From: an uncultured Burkholderiales bacterium
Lineage (GTDB): Bacteria > Pseudomonadota > Gammaproteobacteria > Burkholderiales > Burkholderiaceae_C
Assembly (NCBI GenBank): GCA_903896615.1
Contig: CAITYM010000048.1
Location: forward strand, 4,750-68,749
DNA length: 64,000 nt
Direction of reading: 5' to 3'
Each line of letters begins with the position of its first letter. Position 1 is the stretch's first letter. Made by a program: the position numbers and the translations under genes. Below the pieces are notes generated by a model. The model saw only the letters and a program-made list of their open reading frames with translations. It was not told the DNA's origin and searched no databases. This document shows positions 31,992 through 44,286 of this stretch, one piece after another.

Positions 31992-32860
31992 GCTCCATCC
32001 CCTGACATATTGGAATTCAAAGAGGACTGGATCGGGGCGACGACTGGCAAGCCCAAGTCTTCTGCAAAAGTGGGGGATGGATAGTGAAACCGAACAGGAC
32101 CATCTGGAGCAGCAGTGACGAACTGATGCACTAAAGGATCATTGCTTCTCATCACCTCATCAGGGGTTCCCTGCGCAACTACTCCCCCATTCGCAAGCAC
32201 AATGACTTGATCGGCAATCTGAAAAGTCTCATCCAAATCATGTGAAACAATGATACTGGTCAGGCCAATTGCATCATTTAAGCGGCGTATCAAGCGAGCC
32301 GCCGTCCCAAGTGATATGGGATCAAGCCCAGCAAAGGGCTCGTCATACATCACAAGCTCGGGATCTAAAGCAATCGCTCGAGCCAAAGCCACTCGCCTAG
32401 CCATACCGCCAGAAATCTCACTTGGCATTAAATCCTTCGCGCCCCTTAAGCCGACAGCATCAAGCTTCATCAATACAACATCTTTGATCATCGACTCTGA
32501 TAGCTCAGTTATCTCGCGCAGTGGAAACGCAACATTGTCAAATACGCTTAAATCTGTGAACAAGGCGCCGAACTGAAACAACATCCCCATTCTTCTGCGA
32601 ACGCTCATCAATTCGGGCGTGCTGAGCTTGCCGATGTCATGCCCATCAAAGACCACACTCCCCGACTGGGCCTTATATTGGCCGCCTATCAATCGCAAAA
32701 TTGTTGTCTTCCCACCCCCTGAGGCGCCCATAATTGCAGTAACCTGCCCCTTTGGAATGGACAAATTGATCCCGTTCAAAATCAAACGTTCTGAATAACC
32801 AAAACGTAGATCTTTGATCTCAATGAGCGGTGCCGGAGGTTCGAAGTAATTAGGGGTCAT
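31988..32860 (-). CDS. mlaF: ABC ATPase MlaF
   Basis: Walker A GASGGGKTT, signature ISGGMARRVALARA and Walker B VMYDEPF. I chose the start at the ATG at 32858-32860. Confidence 0.9.
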   Translation of the reverse strand: MTPNYFEPPAPLIEIKDLRFGYSERLILNGINLSIPKGQVTAIMGASGGGKTTILRLIGGQYKAQSGSVVFDGHDIGKLSTPELMSVRRRMGMLFQFGALFTDLSVFDNVAFPLREITELSESMIKDVVLMKLDAVGLRGAKDLMPSEISGGMARRVALARAIALDPELVMYDEPFAGLDPISLGTAARLIRRLNDAIGLTSIIVSHDLDETFQIADQVIVLANGGVVAQGTPDEVMRSNDPLVHQFVTAAPDGPVRFHYPSPTFAEDLGLPVVAPIQSSLNSNMSGDGA

Positions 32861-33030
32861 AAAGAAATACCCCTCAAACAAGCTTAAAAAAGCCAGTCTC
32901 ATAGGGTTGACAAGTATCCGCCATTTTAAGGGTACGTGTGTCTTTTATAAGTCACACAAAAAACAACCCTTAAACAAGCAATTACCCCTTCTAAGTGCCT
33001 CCCAAGCGAGACACTCAAAAGGAATTCAAC

Positions 33031-34497
33031 TTAACGGGGCAAATTAGTACTTCCCATTAAGAACTCATCCACTGCTCTAGCAGCTTGACGACCCTCTCGA
33101 ATAGCCCAAACAACCAAAGACTGGCCGCGACGCATATCCCCGGCCGCAAAGACCTTTGGCACATTTGTCATATAGGCCTGCGAGCCCTCGGTTGAAGCTT
33201 TGATATTGCCACGTGCATCCTTATCGACTCCAAAAGCATCCAAAATGCTCGCGACTGGGTTAGTAAATCCCATGGCTAATAAGACCATGTCCGCATTGTG
33301 AATTTCCTCGGTGCCTGCAACCTCAGTCAATTTACCGTCCTTCAACTCTACGTGAACCGTCTTAAGTCCGGTGACTTTCCCGCCTTTACCGATAAATTCT
33401 TTGGTTGATATTGCAAACAAACGTTCACAACCCTCTTCGTGGCTAGAGCTTGTCCTCAGTTTCATGGGCCAATAGGGCCAAACCATCGGCCTGTTCTCAG
33501 TAACTGGAGGCTCAGGCATCACCTCAAATTGGGTAACACTTAGGGCGCCATGACGATTACTGGTGCCCACACAATCACTACCCGTATCTCCCCCCCCGAT
33601 CACAATAACGTGTTTACCGTCCGCACGCAATTGGTCTTTGAGTTTATCGCCCGAGTTCACCTTATTTTGCTGGGGCAAAAACTCCATTGCGAAATGAATC
33701 CCCTCGAGCTCTCTGCCAGGTACGGGTAAATCACGTGACTGCTCTGAACCACCAGTTAATACGACAGCGTCAAAATCTTTAAGAAGCGTTTTCGTATCAA
33801 TCTTTTCTTTAGACCAATTGGTTAATTTAACACTCTCGTCTATGTTCGCAACAAGTACGGAAGTCTTAAACTCAACACCCTCTTGCTTCATTTGCTCCAC
33901 GCGGCGATCAATGTGCGTTTTCTCCATTTTGAAATCAGGGATGCCGTAGCGCAACAGTCCGCCCACACGATCATTTTTCTCAAAAACCGTAACAGCATGA
34001 CCAACTCTGGCCAATTGCTGGGCCGCAGCCAGACCTGCTGGGCCAGAGCCGACAATCGCAACCCGTTTACCGCTTTTGTGCGCCGGTAACTGCGGCTTTA
34101 CCCAACCCTCACTCCATGCTTTATCAATGATTGCATGCTCTATAGATTTAATTCCAACCGCATCATCGTTCACATTCAAAGTGCAAGCTGCCTCGCAAGG
34201 AGCGGGGCAGATCCGGCCCGTGAATTCTGGGAAATTGTTAGTCGAATGAAGCACTTCAATCGCATTTTTCCAGTCGCCGTTGTACACCAAATCATTAAAG
34301 TCTGGAATGATGTTATTCACCGGGCAACCATTGTTACAAAAAGGTGTGCCGCAATCCATGCAACGAGCGCTTTGAATTTTTGCCTCATCGTTGTCCAGCG
34401 TTAACACGAACTCTTTGTAATTTTTAACCCGCTGCGCAACAGGCAAATAATCCTCTTTTACGCGCTCAAATTCCATAAAGCCAGTGACTTTTCCCAT
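33031..34497 (-). CDS. gltD: Glutamate synthase small subunit
   Basis: Fe-S cysteine cluster [13 protein letters not shown], and dinucleotide folds [14 protein letters not shown] and [13 protein letters not shown]. Confidence 0.95.
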   Translation of the reverse strand: MGKVTGFMEFERVKEDYLPVAQRVKNYKEFVLTLDNDEAKIQSARCMDCGTPFCNNGCPVNNIIPDFNDLVYNGDWKNAIEVLHSTNNFPEFTGRICPAPCEAACTLNVNDDAVGIKSIEHAIIDKAWSEGWVKPQLPAHKSGKRVAIVGSGPAGLAAAQQLARVGHAVTVFEKNDRVGGLLRYGIPDFKMEKTHIDRRVEQMKQEGVEFKTSVLVANIDESVKLTNWSKEKIDTKTLLKDFDAVVLTGGSEQSRDLPVPGRELEGIHFAMEFLPQQNKVNSGDKLKDQLRADGKHVIVIGGGDTGSDCVGTSNRHGALSVTQFEVMPEPPVTENRPMVWPYWPMKLRTSSSHEEGCERLFAISTKEFIGKGGKVTGLKTVHVELKDGKLTEVAGTEEIHNADMVLLAMGFTNPVASILDAFGVDKDARGNIKASTEGSQAYMTNVPKVFAAGDMRRGQSLVVWAIREGRQAARAVDEFLMGSTNLPR

Positions 34498-34561
34498 TAT
34501 TTATCCCTCTCTTTGTGTTTCCTCACGAAAACAGCTGATTTACATCTCATTAATGAATTTT

Positions 34562-37500
34562 TTACTTCGCACCAACTGCTTTCTTGGCCTTTGTATTCGG
34601 ACTCGTATTTGCACCCGTACTGACAGGTAAAGCTTTATCTGCAAGCTTCATCTCGCCTAGCGCGCGCTTGTATTCATTGGGGAATACTTTGACGAATTTC
34701 TTTAATGCATTTTGCCAATCATCTAGCAATTCACTTGCTCGCTTGGAGCCCGTCCATTGATGATGTGATTCAAGCATTTGCTTGAGTTGTGCTTCGTCGG
34801 TTTGTCCGTGGTGCCACAGGCTAGGCGCTTGCGCCTTCGTTTGATCGGCCGTACTCTGTACTTTTTCTAGGCTAACCATGGACAGATTGCAGCGTTGCGC
34901 AAAGCCGCCGTCCTCATCATAGACGTACGCAATTCCGCCGCTCATACCTGCCGCAAAATTTCGACCCGTACGACCAAGCACCACAACTGTTCCACCCGTC
35001 ATGTACTCGCACCCGTGGTCCCCGGTTCCCTCAACTACAGCCTTTGCCCCAGACAGGCGAACAGCAAATCGCTCACCCGCTACGCCACTAAAGAATGCCT
35101 CACCGCTTGTAGCCCCGTATAAAACGGTGTTACCAACAATGGTGTTTTCGATTGGATTGCCCCTAAAGTCAATGCTGGGACGTACAACAATACGCCCGCC
35201 TGATAGGCCTTTTCCTGTGTAGTCATTGGCATCCCCAATCAAATACAAAGTAATGCCTTTTGCTAAAAACGCACCAAAGGACTGCCCGCCAGTACCTTCC
35301 AGTTGGATGTGAAGGGTGTCATCAGGAAGCCCTTCTGGCCTAAGCTTTGTTAACGCGCCAGATAGCATTGCACCAACAGATCGGTTGACATTTCTTGCAA
35401 CCTCAATAAACTGAACCTTCTCACCTCGCTCAATCGCTGCTTTTGACTTCTCGATCAAACGAATATCTAAAGACTTCTCAAGTCCGTGATCCTGTAGCTC
35501 TGTGTGATATTTGGCTACACTGGCAGGTACATTTGGTTGAGCAAATATACGACTGAAATCAAGCCCCTTAGCCTTCCAGTGCTCTATACCTGAGCGTGTA
35601 TCTAATAGATCGACTCTGCCTATCAGATCATCAAACTTAGCGACTCCGAGTTGAGCCATAATTTGCCTGACCTCTTCTGCGATGAAGAAGAAATAATTGA
35701 CGACATGCTCGGGTTTGCCTGAGAACTTTTGACGAAGTACGGGGTCTTGGGTTGCAACCCCAACTGGGCAGGTGTTTAAGTGACACTTACGCATCATGAT
35801 GCAACCCTCGACGACCAACGGCGCCGTTGCAAAACCAAACTCATCCGCACCCATTAAAGCGGCAATAGCTACGTCTCGCCCCGTTTTCATCTGACCATCG
35901 GCCTGAACCCGGATCCGACTCCTGAGCCCATTCAACACCAAGGTCTGCTGTGTCTCTGCGAGTCCGATCTCCCAAGGACTTCCACAATGTTTAATAGATG
36001 ACCAAGGGGACGCACCCGTCCCGCCGTCGTGACCGGCGATTACGACATGGTCGGCTTTGCATTTAGCGACACCCGCAGCAATCGTTCCTACGCCAACCTC
36101 GGATACTAACTTCACACTAATGGAAGCGTGCGGAGCTACGTTCTTTAAATCATGGATCAGTTGAGCCAGGTCCTCAATGGAGTAGATGTCGTGATGGGGG
36201 GGCGGAGATATCAAACCCACACCCGGTACCGAGTACCTTAAAAACCCAATATATTCGGATACCTTGCCTCCTGGGAGTTGCCCACCCTCACCGGGTTTTG
36301 CGCCCTGCGCCATCTTGATCTGTATTTGATCGGCGGAGGATAGGTACTCAGCTGTCACGCCAAACCTACCGGATGCGACTTGTTTGATTTTGGAGCGCAA
36401 ACTGTCGCCGGCATTCAAAGCCAAATCGACTTCAATTTGCGCGTCCCCAACAACGCTCTTGAGCGTATCACCCGCTTTAATTGGGATCCCCTTTAACTCG
36501 TTTCTGTAACGCGCTGGGTCTTCACCGCCTTCACCGGTATTACTTTTTCCACCAATCCTATTCATCGCCACTGCTAGCGTTGAATGTGCCTCGGTCGATA
36601 TTGATCCCAGGCTCATTGCCCCAGTTGCAAATCGTTTAACAATCTCCGCTGCAGATTCGACCTTGTCAATGGAGATGGCTTTGGCAGGATCGATTTTGAA
36701 TTCAAAGAGTCCGCGTAGTGTTAAATGTCTACGGCTTTGATCATTAATAATTTGCGCGTATTCTTTGTACGTTGACCAATTGTTTGACCGAGTGCTGTGT
36801 TGTAACTTAGCAATAGCGTCAGGGGTCCACATATGATCCTCCCCCCTCACTCGCCATGCATACTCCCCCCCTACTTCCAGCATATTTGCAAGCACAGGGT
36901 CTTCGCCAAATGCACTTTTATGCATCTTAATCGCTTCTTCTGCTATTTCAAAAACACCGATACCCTGAACACGACTCGCAGTTCCAGTGAAATATTTTTC
37001 CACCGTGTCTGTATTGATACCAATGGCCTCAAATAACTGCGACCCACAATAACTCATATAAGTTGACACGCCCATTTTGGACATGATTTTCGAGATCCCT
37101 TTGCCAATTGCTTTTATGTAGTTATAAACGGCCTTTTCAGGTGACAGGTCCGCTGGCAACTTGTCATGTAAGCGCTCAATCGTTTGAATGGCAAGGTAGG
37201 GGTGAATAGCCTCCGCGCCGTAACCGGCCAATACTGCAAAATGGTGAACTTCGCGAGCGCTACCTGTCTCCACGACCAATCCAGCGGAAGTTCTCAGCCC
37301 CTCTTTCACCAAATGCTGATGGATTGCAGATAAAGCCAATACTGCAGGAATAGCGACTTGCGTGCTACTTACCGCTTTGTCAGACAAAATCAATATGTTT
37401 TTATCACTCTTGATTGCGTCTACTGCCTCTGCACACAATGATGCAAGCTTAGCCTCTACGCCTTCGCGACCCCAACTTACGGGGTATGTGATGTCTATCA

Positions 37501-39373
37501 AAGCACTTTTGAATTTCCCCTTTGTTACTGATTCGATATCACAAAGTTTTGCCATGTCATGCGCGTTCAAGATGGGCTGTGAAACCTCAAGACGCATGGG
37601 GGGGTTGATTTGGTTGATATCAAGCAGGTTCGGCTTGGGGCCCACGAACGACACCAACGACATCACAATCGCTTCCCGAATAGGATCGATAGGCGGGTTG
37701 GTCACTTGCGCAAAGAGCTGCTTAAAGTAGCTGTAGAGTTGTTTGTTCTTATCTGACAAAACGGCCAATGGGCTATCGTTGCCCATCGATCCAATCCCCT
37801 CTTCACCATTAATCGCCATTGGGGCCAGTAAGAATTTAATATCCTCCTGTGAATACCCAAAGGCCTGTTGGTAATCTAGTAACTGCGAGTCAGCAAGCTC
37901 TTTGCCTTTTAGGTTTGTACTTTGCGCCGCATGAGTTTCATGAACATCAGCGACATCGTCTAATTTAATTCTTAGATTTTCAATCCACTGCTTATAAGGC
38001 TTTGTGTTGGCAAGCGATGATTTAATTTCTTCATCGTCAATCATTCGGCCCTGCTCCAGATCGATCAAGAACATTTTGCCTGGTTGCAGTCGCCATTTCC
38101 TCACAATTTTGTTCTCAGGAATGGGAAGCACGCCAGATTCAGAGGCCATGATAACGAGATCGTCATTGGTGATGCAGTACCTTGAGGGCCTGAGTCCATT
38201 GCGGTCCAAAGTTGCCCCAATTTGCCTGCCGTCTGTGAAGACAATGGACGCAGGCCCGTCCCAAGGCTCCATCATTGCGGCGTGGTACTCGTAGAAAGCG
38301 CGTCTACGTTGGTCCATGTTGCCGTGTTGCTCCCATGGCTCGGGAATCATCATCATCATTGCTTGGCTTATTGGATAGCCTGCCATTGTCAGCAACTCTA
38401 AGCAATTGTCAAAAGTTGCAGTATCGGATTGACCTGCAAAACTAATTGGGTATAACTTTTTAAGATCTGTACCAAGTACTGGAGAGGCCATCACACCTTC
38501 TCGTGCTTTCATCCAGTTGTAATTACCTTTTACGGTATTGATCTCGCCGTTGTGAGCAACATAGCGGTAAGGGTGTGCCAATGGCCACTCAGGGAATGTA
38601 TTGGTTGAAAACCGTTGATGAACAAGGCCAAGTGCTGATACGCAGCGCGCGTCTTGAAGATCCAAATAATAAGAACCCACTTGATCTGCAAGTAAAAGTC
38701 CTTTATAAATTACTGTGCGACTAGACATGCTAACCACATAGTATTCTTTACTGTGTTTTAAATTAAGACTCTGAATAGCAGCGCTTGCAGTTTTTCGAAT
38801 GACATATAACTTTCGCTCAAGAGCATCTTGAACAATCACATCTTGACCCCTGCCAATAAATACTTGGCGTATCAGGGGTTCTTTTTCTTTCACCGTAGGT
38901 GACATCGGCATTTCAAGATTAACCGGCACATCCCTCCAACCCAACACTACTTGACCTTCTGCCTTAATTGCTCGCTCTAGTTCTTGTTGGCATGCCAACA
39001 GTGATGCATTTTCTTTTGGTAAGAAAACCATACCTACTCCGTACTCGCCAACGGGGGGCAGAACCACGCCTTTAAGTGCCATCTCTTCGCGGTAAAGTGC
39101 ATCTGGCATTTGAATCAAAATACCTGCACCATCTCCCATCAATTTGTCCGCGCCCACTGCACCGCGGTGATCTAAGTTCTCTAAAATTTTAAGAGCCTGC
39201 TTCACAATTGAGTGACTCTTTTCACCCTTTATATGCGCTACAAATCCTACGCCGCAACTGTCGTGCTCTTGAGTTGCATCGTACAAACCATTTGTAAATG
39301 AATCGGGGCTAGGTTGAGTGTCAACTTGAGAATTCAAAGCTGAGTTCAATGCATGCATATTCGCCTGGTCCAT
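34562..39373 (-). CDS. gltB: Glutamate synthase large subunit
   Basis: 1603 aa. It has the Ntn-amidotransferase cysteine in [15 protein letters not shown]/3Fe-4S region motifs and a C-terminal [13 protein letters not shown] beta-helix. Confidence 0.97.
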   Translation of the reverse strand: MDQANMHALNSALNSQVDTQPSPDSFTNGLYDATQEHDSCGVGFVAHIKGEKSHSIVKQALKILENLDHRGAVGADKLMGDGAGILIQMPDALYREEMALKGVVLPPVGEYGVGMVFLPKENASLLACQQELERAIKAEGQVVLGWRDVPVNLEMPMSPTVKEKEPLIRQVFIGRGQDVIVQDALERKLYVIRKTASAAIQSLNLKHSKEYYVVSMSSRTVIYKGLLLADQVGSYYLDLQDARCVSALGLVHQRFSTNTFPEWPLAHPYRYVAHNGEINTVKGNYNWMKAREGVMASPVLGTDLKKLYPISFAGQSDTATFDNCLELLTMAGYPISQAMMMMIPEPWEQHGNMDQRRRAFYEYHAAMMEPWDGPASIVFTDGRQIGATLDRNGLRPSRYCITNDDLVIMASESGVLPIPENKIVRKWRLQPGKMFLIDLEQGRMIDDEEIKSSLANTKPYKQWIENLRIKLDDVADVHETHAAQSTNLKGKELADSQLLDYQQAFGYSQEDIKFLLAPMAINGEEGIGSMGNDSPLAVLSDKNKQLYSYFKQLFAQVTNPPIDPIREAIVMSLVSFVGPKPNLLDINQINPPMRLEVSQPILNAHDMAKLCDIESVTKGKFKSALIDITYPVSWGREGVEAKLASLCAEAVDAIKSDKNILILSDKAVSSTQVAIPAVLALSAIHQHLVKEGLRTSAGLVVETGSAREVHHFAVLAGYGAEAIHPYLAIQTIERLHDKLPADLSPEKAVYNYIKAIGKGISKIMSKMGVSTYMSYCGSQLFEAIGINTDTVEKYFTGTASRVQGIGVFEIAEEAIKMHKSAFGEDPVLANMLEVGGEYAWRVRGEDHMWTPDAIAKLQHSTRSNNWSTYKEYAQIINDQSRRHLTLRGLFEFKIDPAKAISIDKVESAAEIVKRFATGAMSLGSISTEAHSTLAVAMNRIGGKSNTGEGGEDPARYRNELKGIPIKAGDTLKSVVGDAQIEVDLALNAGDSLRSKIKQVASGRFGVTAEYLSSADQIQIKMAQGAKPGEGGQLPGGKVSEYIGFLRYSVPGVGLISPPPHHDIYSIEDLAQLIHDLKNVAPHASISVKLVSEVGVGTIAAGVAKCKADHVVIAGHDGGTGASPWSSIKHCGSPWEIGLAETQQTLVLNGLRSRIRVQADGQMKTGRDVAIAALMGADEFGFATAPLVVEGCIMMRKCHLNTCPVGVATQDPVLRQKFSGKPEHVVNYFFFIAEEVRQIMAQLGVAKFDDLIGRVDLLDTRSGIEHWKAKGLDFSRIFAQPNVPASVAKYHTELQDHGLEKSLDIRLIEKSKAAIERGEKVQFIEVARNVNRSVGAMLSGALTKLRPEGLPDDTLHIQLEGTGGQSFGAFLAKGITLYLIGDANDYTGKGLSGGRIVVRPSIDFRGNPIENTIVGNTVLYGATSGEAFFSGVAGERFAVRLSGAKAVVEGTGDHGCEYMTGGTVVVLGRTGRNFAAGMSGGIAYVYDEDGGFAQRCNLSMVSLEKVQSTADQTKAQAPSLWHHGQTDEAQLKQMLESHHQWTGSKRASELLDDWQNALKKFVKVFPNEYKRALGEMKLADKALPVSTGANTSPNTKAKKAVGAK

Positions 39374-39461
39374 GGCGTTTTCCTGAAAGTTTTATAGGGA
39401 AAACGAGTGTAATGGAGTGGTAATAAATTGCAAGATATTTAATTGGGGTCAGACACTAATT

Positions 39462-39490
39462 AAAAAAACAACGTGCATTTGCACGCATTA
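39462..39490 (-). terminator. Weak rho-independent terminator after the RAYT-like gene
   Basis: On the minus strand a CGTGC-AAAT-GCACG hairpin (39472-39485) is followed by TTGTTTTTTT. The stem is only 5 bp. Confidence 0.35.
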
Positions 39491-39545
39491 ATAAGGGACA
39501 CATCATATTAATTACAAAGAATTAATATTTTATCGTCTCGTGTGT

Positions 39546-40313
39546 TTATCTGAAATGTGTGCCACTAGTTGGTGCAGGCAACGCCTTCGCAGGTCGCCCA
39601 GGCTTAGCTTTAGCCACTCTTCGGTGCGCCTGTGTTTGAAGATGCTCAATAAAGGTGTCATCCCCAAGAATCCACCCCCCCTTAATCGCTTGTTCAATTT
39701 GTTGGGAATCCGCAGTTGTAAGTCCTTTTTGTACCAACTGTTCGTACTGTGCTTCTCGAGCAAAAGGCGTATTTCCCAAACTCCACACATCCGCATGTGC
39801 CGTAATAAATACATCGTGGCGGCGCCCTGTGTAATGCAAATAACTACTCCACTCATAATGACCGGGCGATTGAATTTGTAACTGCGATTTATCAGCTTCT
39901 CCCCTGCGACGCAGGAGGTTTTGAGCAAGGACTCGCATAGGTAGGCAATCTAAATAAATAAGACACTTCTTTAGCCAATCACCAGATTGAATAGCGCTTG
40001 ATTTATATCTTCCTCCCCACAAAGTGCCGGATCTGTCGTAGCGATTGTTAAAGTAGCGCACGTAACTTCGACCAAGTCCTTGCATCATCTTGGATAAGCT
40101 GTCTTGAGACTTGGGGGTCAATATCAAATGCACTTGAGATTGCAACAACAAGTATGCATGGACCAACACATCTTCCCGCACAGATTGCTCATAGATAAAA
40201 TTAAACATCCGCTCAAAGTCTGCGCGGTCCGTAAAAAGATCTCCGCCATTGTTGCCAGTTAGCAATACATGGTGCGCCTGCATTGGGAAGATTAAACGGG
40301 GAAGTCGAGCCAA
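39546..40313 (-). CDS. REP-associated tyrosine transposase (RAYT / COG1943 Y1-transposase) homolog, probably domesticated
   Basis: LPRL..P...HHV...GNN, HAYLLLQSQVHLILTP (HUH-region homolog), SGTLWGGRYKSS, and the YLDCLP tyrosine region with a later YEWSSYLHYTG. Confidence 0.75.
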   Translation of the reverse strand: MARLPRLIFPMQAHHVLLTGNNGGDLFTDRADFERMFNFIYEQSVREDVLVHAYLLLQSQVHLILTPKSQDSLSKMMQGLGRSYVRYFNNRYDRSGTLWGGRYKSSAIQSGDWLKKCLIYLDCLPMRVLAQNLLRRRGEADKSQLQIQSPGHYEWSSYLHYTGRRHDVFITAHADVWSLGNTPFAREAQYEQLVQKGLTTADSQQIEQAIKGGWILGDDTFIEHLQTQAHRRVAKAKPGRPAKALPAPTSGTHFR

Positions 40314-40340
40314 AACTCAGTCCTTATTTTTTAAGTCATC

Positions 40341-41288
40341 TCAATGATACAAATTCGCAAATCGCAGGTGAGCCGCCTCATCGAGTCCGAACTCTACGAC
40401 CAAGGCCTTCAGTCGCTCAGCAGCACTTTTTTTCTTTTGCCCGGTGTAACGAGCCAAGATAATTTCGTTTTTCATACTATGCTCCCAACCGACCAACTCC
40501 GTCACAGTCAAACTGTAACCCTGTGACTCCAAGTACAAGCATCGCAATACATTCGTAATCTGACTTCCAAACTCCCGCGTATGCAACGGGTGTCTCCACA
40601 ACTCAGCAAGCGGTGAACGCGATAGTGCAAGCGCTTTGGAACCCCTGAGCACGCCAGCCATCTCCGCTTGACAACAAGGCACCAAGGCCATAAATAGCGC
40701 GCCTCGCTCTAAGCCAAATGCGATCGCATCATCTGTTGCACTATCACACGCATGCAACGCTGTCACTATATCTATTTGAGTAGGTAGCGTCTCTTGCTGT
40801 CTGGCTTGCTCAACACTCATGTTCAAAAAAGTCATCTGCTTAAACGCAAGCCTTTGCGCCAATGAGCGGGACGCATCCACCAATTCCGAGCGCGTTTCAA
40901 TTCCGTAAACATGAGCAAGCATTGGAGCCTCTGCTACGTCGTATTTGTTTTTGAATAACAAATCATAAATAATAAAACCCAAATAAGATTTGCCCGCACC
41001 GTGATCAGCCAAAGTAAGCGTTTTTGAGCCCCCACCGTGAATGTCCAACAACTTTTGATCAACAATCTCTTTGATGCCGCTTTCAATAAACTGCGTCAAG
41101 TGATTGACCTGCTTTAGTTTTCTGCGCGAGTCCTGATTTATTCGACCCTCACGCGTCAAAATATGCAACTCCTTTAAAAGCTCTAACGACTGCCCCTCGC
41201 GCAAGCCAAGTTCTTGCTGAGGATTTTGAGTCCTACTAGAGCCCGAACCTGGACGCTCAGATTGTGACTGATGTTTGTTTTTTGCCAT
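40341..41288 (-). CDS. Class I SAM-dependent methyltransferase (Methyltransf_32-like)
   Basis: Basic disordered N-terminus, then LADHGAGKSYLGFIIYD (motif I-like) and VTALHACDSATDDA. Confidence 0.6.
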   Translation of the reverse strand: MAKNKHQSQSERPGSGSSRTQNPQQELGLREGQSLELLKELHILTREGRINQDSRRKLKQVNHLTQFIESGIKEIVDQKLLDIHGGGSKTLTLADHGAGKSYLGFIIYDLLFKNKYDVAEAPMLAHVYGIETRSELVDASRSLAQRLAFKQMTFLNMSVEQARQQETLPTQIDIVTALHACDSATDDAIAFGLERGALFMALVPCCQAEMAGVLRGSKALALSRSPLAELWRHPLHTREFGSQITNVLRCLYLESQGYSLTVTELVGWEHSMKNEIILARYTGQKKKSAAERLKALVVEFGLDEAAHLRFANLYH

Positions 41289-41318
41289 ATTATTAAATTT
41301 CAGTCCTCAAGCAAAGGT

Positions 41319-41891
41319 TTATTGCTGTTCATTGTTACCACTCATAACTGCACGAAATCTTTCCCAGCCAAGCCCTCTTAAAACCTCTTGGTTTCGCTGG
41401 ACAATCGACTCCGCGCTCACACCAGAACTGCTAGCACGCTCAATACTATCCTCCCTTAATAAATGCAATGTGGGATATGGGGATCGATTCGTAGCATTGG
41501 CCACATCCGTAGGATCGGAGCCTGCGAATTCATAGTTTGGATGAAAATCGGCCAATTGAATTACACCCTTAAGGTGCAAGGGTTTTAGTCTTTTGCGGCA
41601 AACTTCGACGAGAAAATGAAAATCAAGAAAATCTCCAGTAACACGGGGCAACATTAATAAGGTTGTCTCAACTTCACCTGGGTCCGATTCATTCAATAAC
41701 AACAACTCTTGGTCTAAACAGTCAATGATTTGCCCCTGCTCCGACTCATCACAAACTGCATACCTAATTAGCCCCTTGCTAAGAACGGGCTTAGCAAAGG
41801 GACATAGTTGCAACCCAACAACCGCTTTTTCAACCCAGTGCTTTGTTTGGTCAATAATTTGATTGCGATCTTGAATATCCAATTTTGTCAT
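41319..41891 (-). CDS. DUF1415-family protein
   Basis: WVEKAVVGLQLCPFAKPV followed by ...FHPNYEF...NRSPYPTLHLLRE matches my recollection of DUF1415. Confidence 0.55.
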   Translation of the reverse strand: MTKLDIQDRNQIIDQTKHWVEKAVVGLQLCPFAKPVLSKGLIRYAVCDESEQGQIIDCLDQELLLLNESDPGEVETTLLMLPRVTGDFLDFHFLVEVCRKRLKPLHLKGVIQLADFHPNYEFAGSDPTDVANATNRSPYPTLHLLREDSIERASSSGVSAESIVQRNQEVLRGLGWERFRAVMSGNNEQQ

Positions 41892-41894
41892 GGA

Positions 41895-43160
41895 TCAAAT
41901 AATTTGTGCTCGTAAATGCTCGCTGGGCACAGAGCTTTGAGCGCATAGCCTTAAATGCTCTGCACCTGCAAACCTGTCCGTCATACCCGCTATGTAATCG
42001 GATACAGCTCGGTACAAATTCGCACGGGATTGATAAAAAGGGGGCATCTCTTTAGGATTGTTGATATAGGCATTGAATAAATCAGTCACCACATTTCTCG
42101 CCCAATCGGTTGTTTGTGCAACTTTTGAATGCCTGTACAGATTTTGAAACAAAAACCGCTTTAGCTGAGTTGACTGAATACGCATACTCTCACTAAAACA
42201 CACCAAAGGTGCGGCCCCACGCACTTCCTCTAAGCTGCTAATACTATTTAGCGCAATCGCCTTTTGGGTTGAATCGATGATGTCATAGACCTGAGCACTG
42301 AGCATTCGGCGAATCGTCTCATAAGCTGTCTTTCTAGAGGAAAGCCCTGGAAATTCGCGATGCACTTCAGCCCTAAAATTTTCAAAAAGTGGAACTTCTG
42401 AGAGCTTCTCCAAATCTATCAACCCCGAGCGCACTCCATCATCAATATCGTGTGCGTTATATGCCACCTCATCCGCTAAGTTACACAACTGCGCCTCCAA
42501 ACTGGGTTGCTTGTGATCTAAGAATCTAGATCCAATACTCACCAACCCAGTCTTGCTTAGTCCACTCTTATGTTCAATAACTTGATCCGCTTGAGCGTTT
42601 AAACCAGCATCCATCATTTTTTGCGCATGAATCTCGGTGTCAACCAAGTACTGCGCATTCTTAGCCGAGCAGTGTTTTAATATCCCCTCGCGTGTCTCAA
42701 AAGTTAAGTTTAGTCCCTCAAACTGTGGATACCTTGACTCAAGCGTATCAACTACTCTTAGGCTTTGAAAATTATGCTCAAACCCGCCGTGCTCGACCAT
42801 ACAGGCGTTTAACGCGTCTTGCCCCGCATGACCAAAGGGGGTGTGCCCTAAATCATGCGCCAGTGCAATCGCCTCTACCAAATCCTCATTCAATCCAAGC
42901 ACTCGTGCAATAGAGCGTGCGAGTTGAGCAACCTCCAGTGAGTGAGTCATTCTGGTTCTGAATAGATCACCTTCGTGATTTAAAAAAACTTGTGTTTTGT
43001 AGACCAGTCTTCTAAATGCGGTTGAGTGAACAATCCTGTCCCGGTCGCGTTGAAATGCATTACGCGTTGGTGCCGGGGGCTCAGCGTAACGCCTGCCCAG
43101 TGAGCACTCAGGATCACACGCGTAGACGGCCAGGCTGCGGGGCGCAATCACAAACAGCAC
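41895..43160 (-). CDS. dgt: dGTPase-like HD-domain triphosphohydrolase
   Basis: [26 protein letters not shown] and [13 protein letters not shown] motifs. An alternative GTG at 43149-43151 would make a GTGA overlap with the aroB stop. Confidence 0.85.
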   Translation of the reverse strand: MLFVIAPRSLAVYACDPECSLGRRYAEPPAPTRNAFQRDRDRIVHSTAFRRLVYKTQVFLNHEGDLFRTRMTHSLEVAQLARSIARVLGLNEDLVEAIALAHDLGHTPFGHAGQDALNACMVEHGGFEHNFQSLRVVDTLESRYPQFEGLNLTFETREGILKHCSAKNAQYLVDTEIHAQKMMDAGLNAQADQVIEHKSGLSKTGLVSIGSRFLDHKQPSLEAQLCNLADEVAYNAHDIDDGVRSGLIDLEKLSEVPLFENFRAEVHREFPGLSSRKTAYETIRRMLSAQVYDIIDSTQKAIALNSISSLEEVRGAAPLVCFSESMRIQSTQLKRFLFQNLYRHSKVAQTTDWARNVVTDLFNAYINNPKEMPPFYQSRANLYRAVSDYIAGMTDRFAGAEHLRLCAQSSVPSEHLRAQII

Positions 43161-44257
43161 TGCTCAATAACTAGCTGAACCACTGCCTCGTCTGCCCCTA
43201 AAACTACTGCACGCCCGGGAGAGTCAATGAGCACGAAACGGATTTGTCCATTTTGAGATTTTTTATCAACTCTCATGTGCTCTAAATAAACGTGAGCCCC
43301 CAATTTAGGGCCTTGAACGGGCAGGCCAGCCCGAGCAATTAGGCGCGTCAAACGCTGGACAAAGGAGATATCAACTAGTCCTAGCTGATGGGATAGATGA
43401 GCCGCCATCACCATGCCACAGCCTACTGCCTCGCCGTGCAACCAAACACCAAATCCTAGACCCGCCTCAATAGCGTGTCCAAAAGTATGTCCGAAATTGA
43501 GGATAGCCCGGATGCCGCCTTCGCGCTCATCTGCACCAACAACCCCCGCTTTGATCTCACAACTCCTTTGAACCGCATGCGCCAAGGCGCGACTATCCTT
43601 AGCCATCAAAGCGTCCAGATGATCTTCGATCCAGCTCAAAAACTCCATATCTGCAATTGGTCCGTATTTAATTATTTCAGCAAGACCTGCGCTTAGCTCA
43701 CGATCAGGCAAGGTCTGAAGAGTGTCCAAATCACAGACTACTAAATCAGGCTGATAAAAAGCGCCAATCATATTCTTGCCCAAAGGGTGATTAATCGCTG
43801 TTTTCCCCCCAACCGAGGAGTCCACCTGGGCCAAAAGTGTGGTCGCGACTTGCACAAACGGCACACCACGCATGTAACATGCCGCAGCAAATCCAGTCAT
43901 ATCACCAACCACGCCCCCACCCAGTGCGAACAAAACAGTCCTCCGATCTGCGCCTATCCCTAAGAGTTGGTCAAAAATTAAATTTAATGTTTCGAAATTT
44001 TTAAAACCCTCACCATCAGGCAAACTAAGGACAACTACTCTGTCGTAAAGTGGTTTCAACGCAGTTTCAAGCCTGCTAGCATACAAAGGTGCAACCGTCT
44101 CATTAGTCACAATTAGTGCACACGCAGCTTTTTTCAAACCCTGCCAAGTTAGCGGATTAGAAATTAAATGTTCACCTATCAAAATAGAGTAACTTCGCTC
44201 GCCCAGTGAAATTGGCACTGTGGAAGTGGTGACGGCGGAGTTAGCTGTAACGGGCAT
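43148..44257 (-). CDS. aroB: 3-dehydroquinate synthase
   Basis: [26 protein letters not shown] and [11 protein letters not shown] motifs. Confidence 0.95.
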   Translation of the reverse strand: MPVTANSAVTTSTVPISLGERSYSILIGEHLISNPLTWQGLKKAACALIVTNETVAPLYASRLETALKPLYDRVVVLSLPDGEGFKNFETLNLIFDQLLGIGADRRTVLFALGGGVVGDMTGFAAACYMRGVPFVQVATTLLAQVDSSVGGKTAINHPLGKNMIGAFYQPDLVVCDLDTLQTLPDRELSAGLAEIIKYGPIADMEFLSWIEDHLDALMAKDSRALAHAVQRSCEIKAGVVGADEREGGIRAILNFGHTFGHAIEAGLGFGVWLHGEAVGCGMVMAAHLSHQLGLVDISFVQRLTRLIARAGLPVQGPKLGAHVYLEHMRVDKKSQNGQIRFVLIDSPGRAVVLGADEAVVQLVIEQCCL

Positions 44258-44286
44258 CTGTATGTACTAGGGTTTTAATAATGGGA

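Noticed and set aside
39530-39928. Two ORFs (132 aa on the minus strand, 113 aa on the plus strand) overlap the 3' half of the RAYT-like gene, which might suggest a frameshifted pseudogene.
   Set aside because: The 255-aa frame stays homologous to COG1943 proteins through its C-terminal part (YEWSSYLHYTG...LG...F...). It is therefore intact, and the overlapping frames are spurious.
41895-43160. The dGTPase-like HD protein could be an anti-phage dNTP-depletion defence gene.
   Set aside because: It overlaps aroB translationally and lies inside the conserved aroK-aroB-...-gltBD backbone. Nothing nearby suggests a mobile or defence context, so a housekeeping Dgt-like paralog is more likely.
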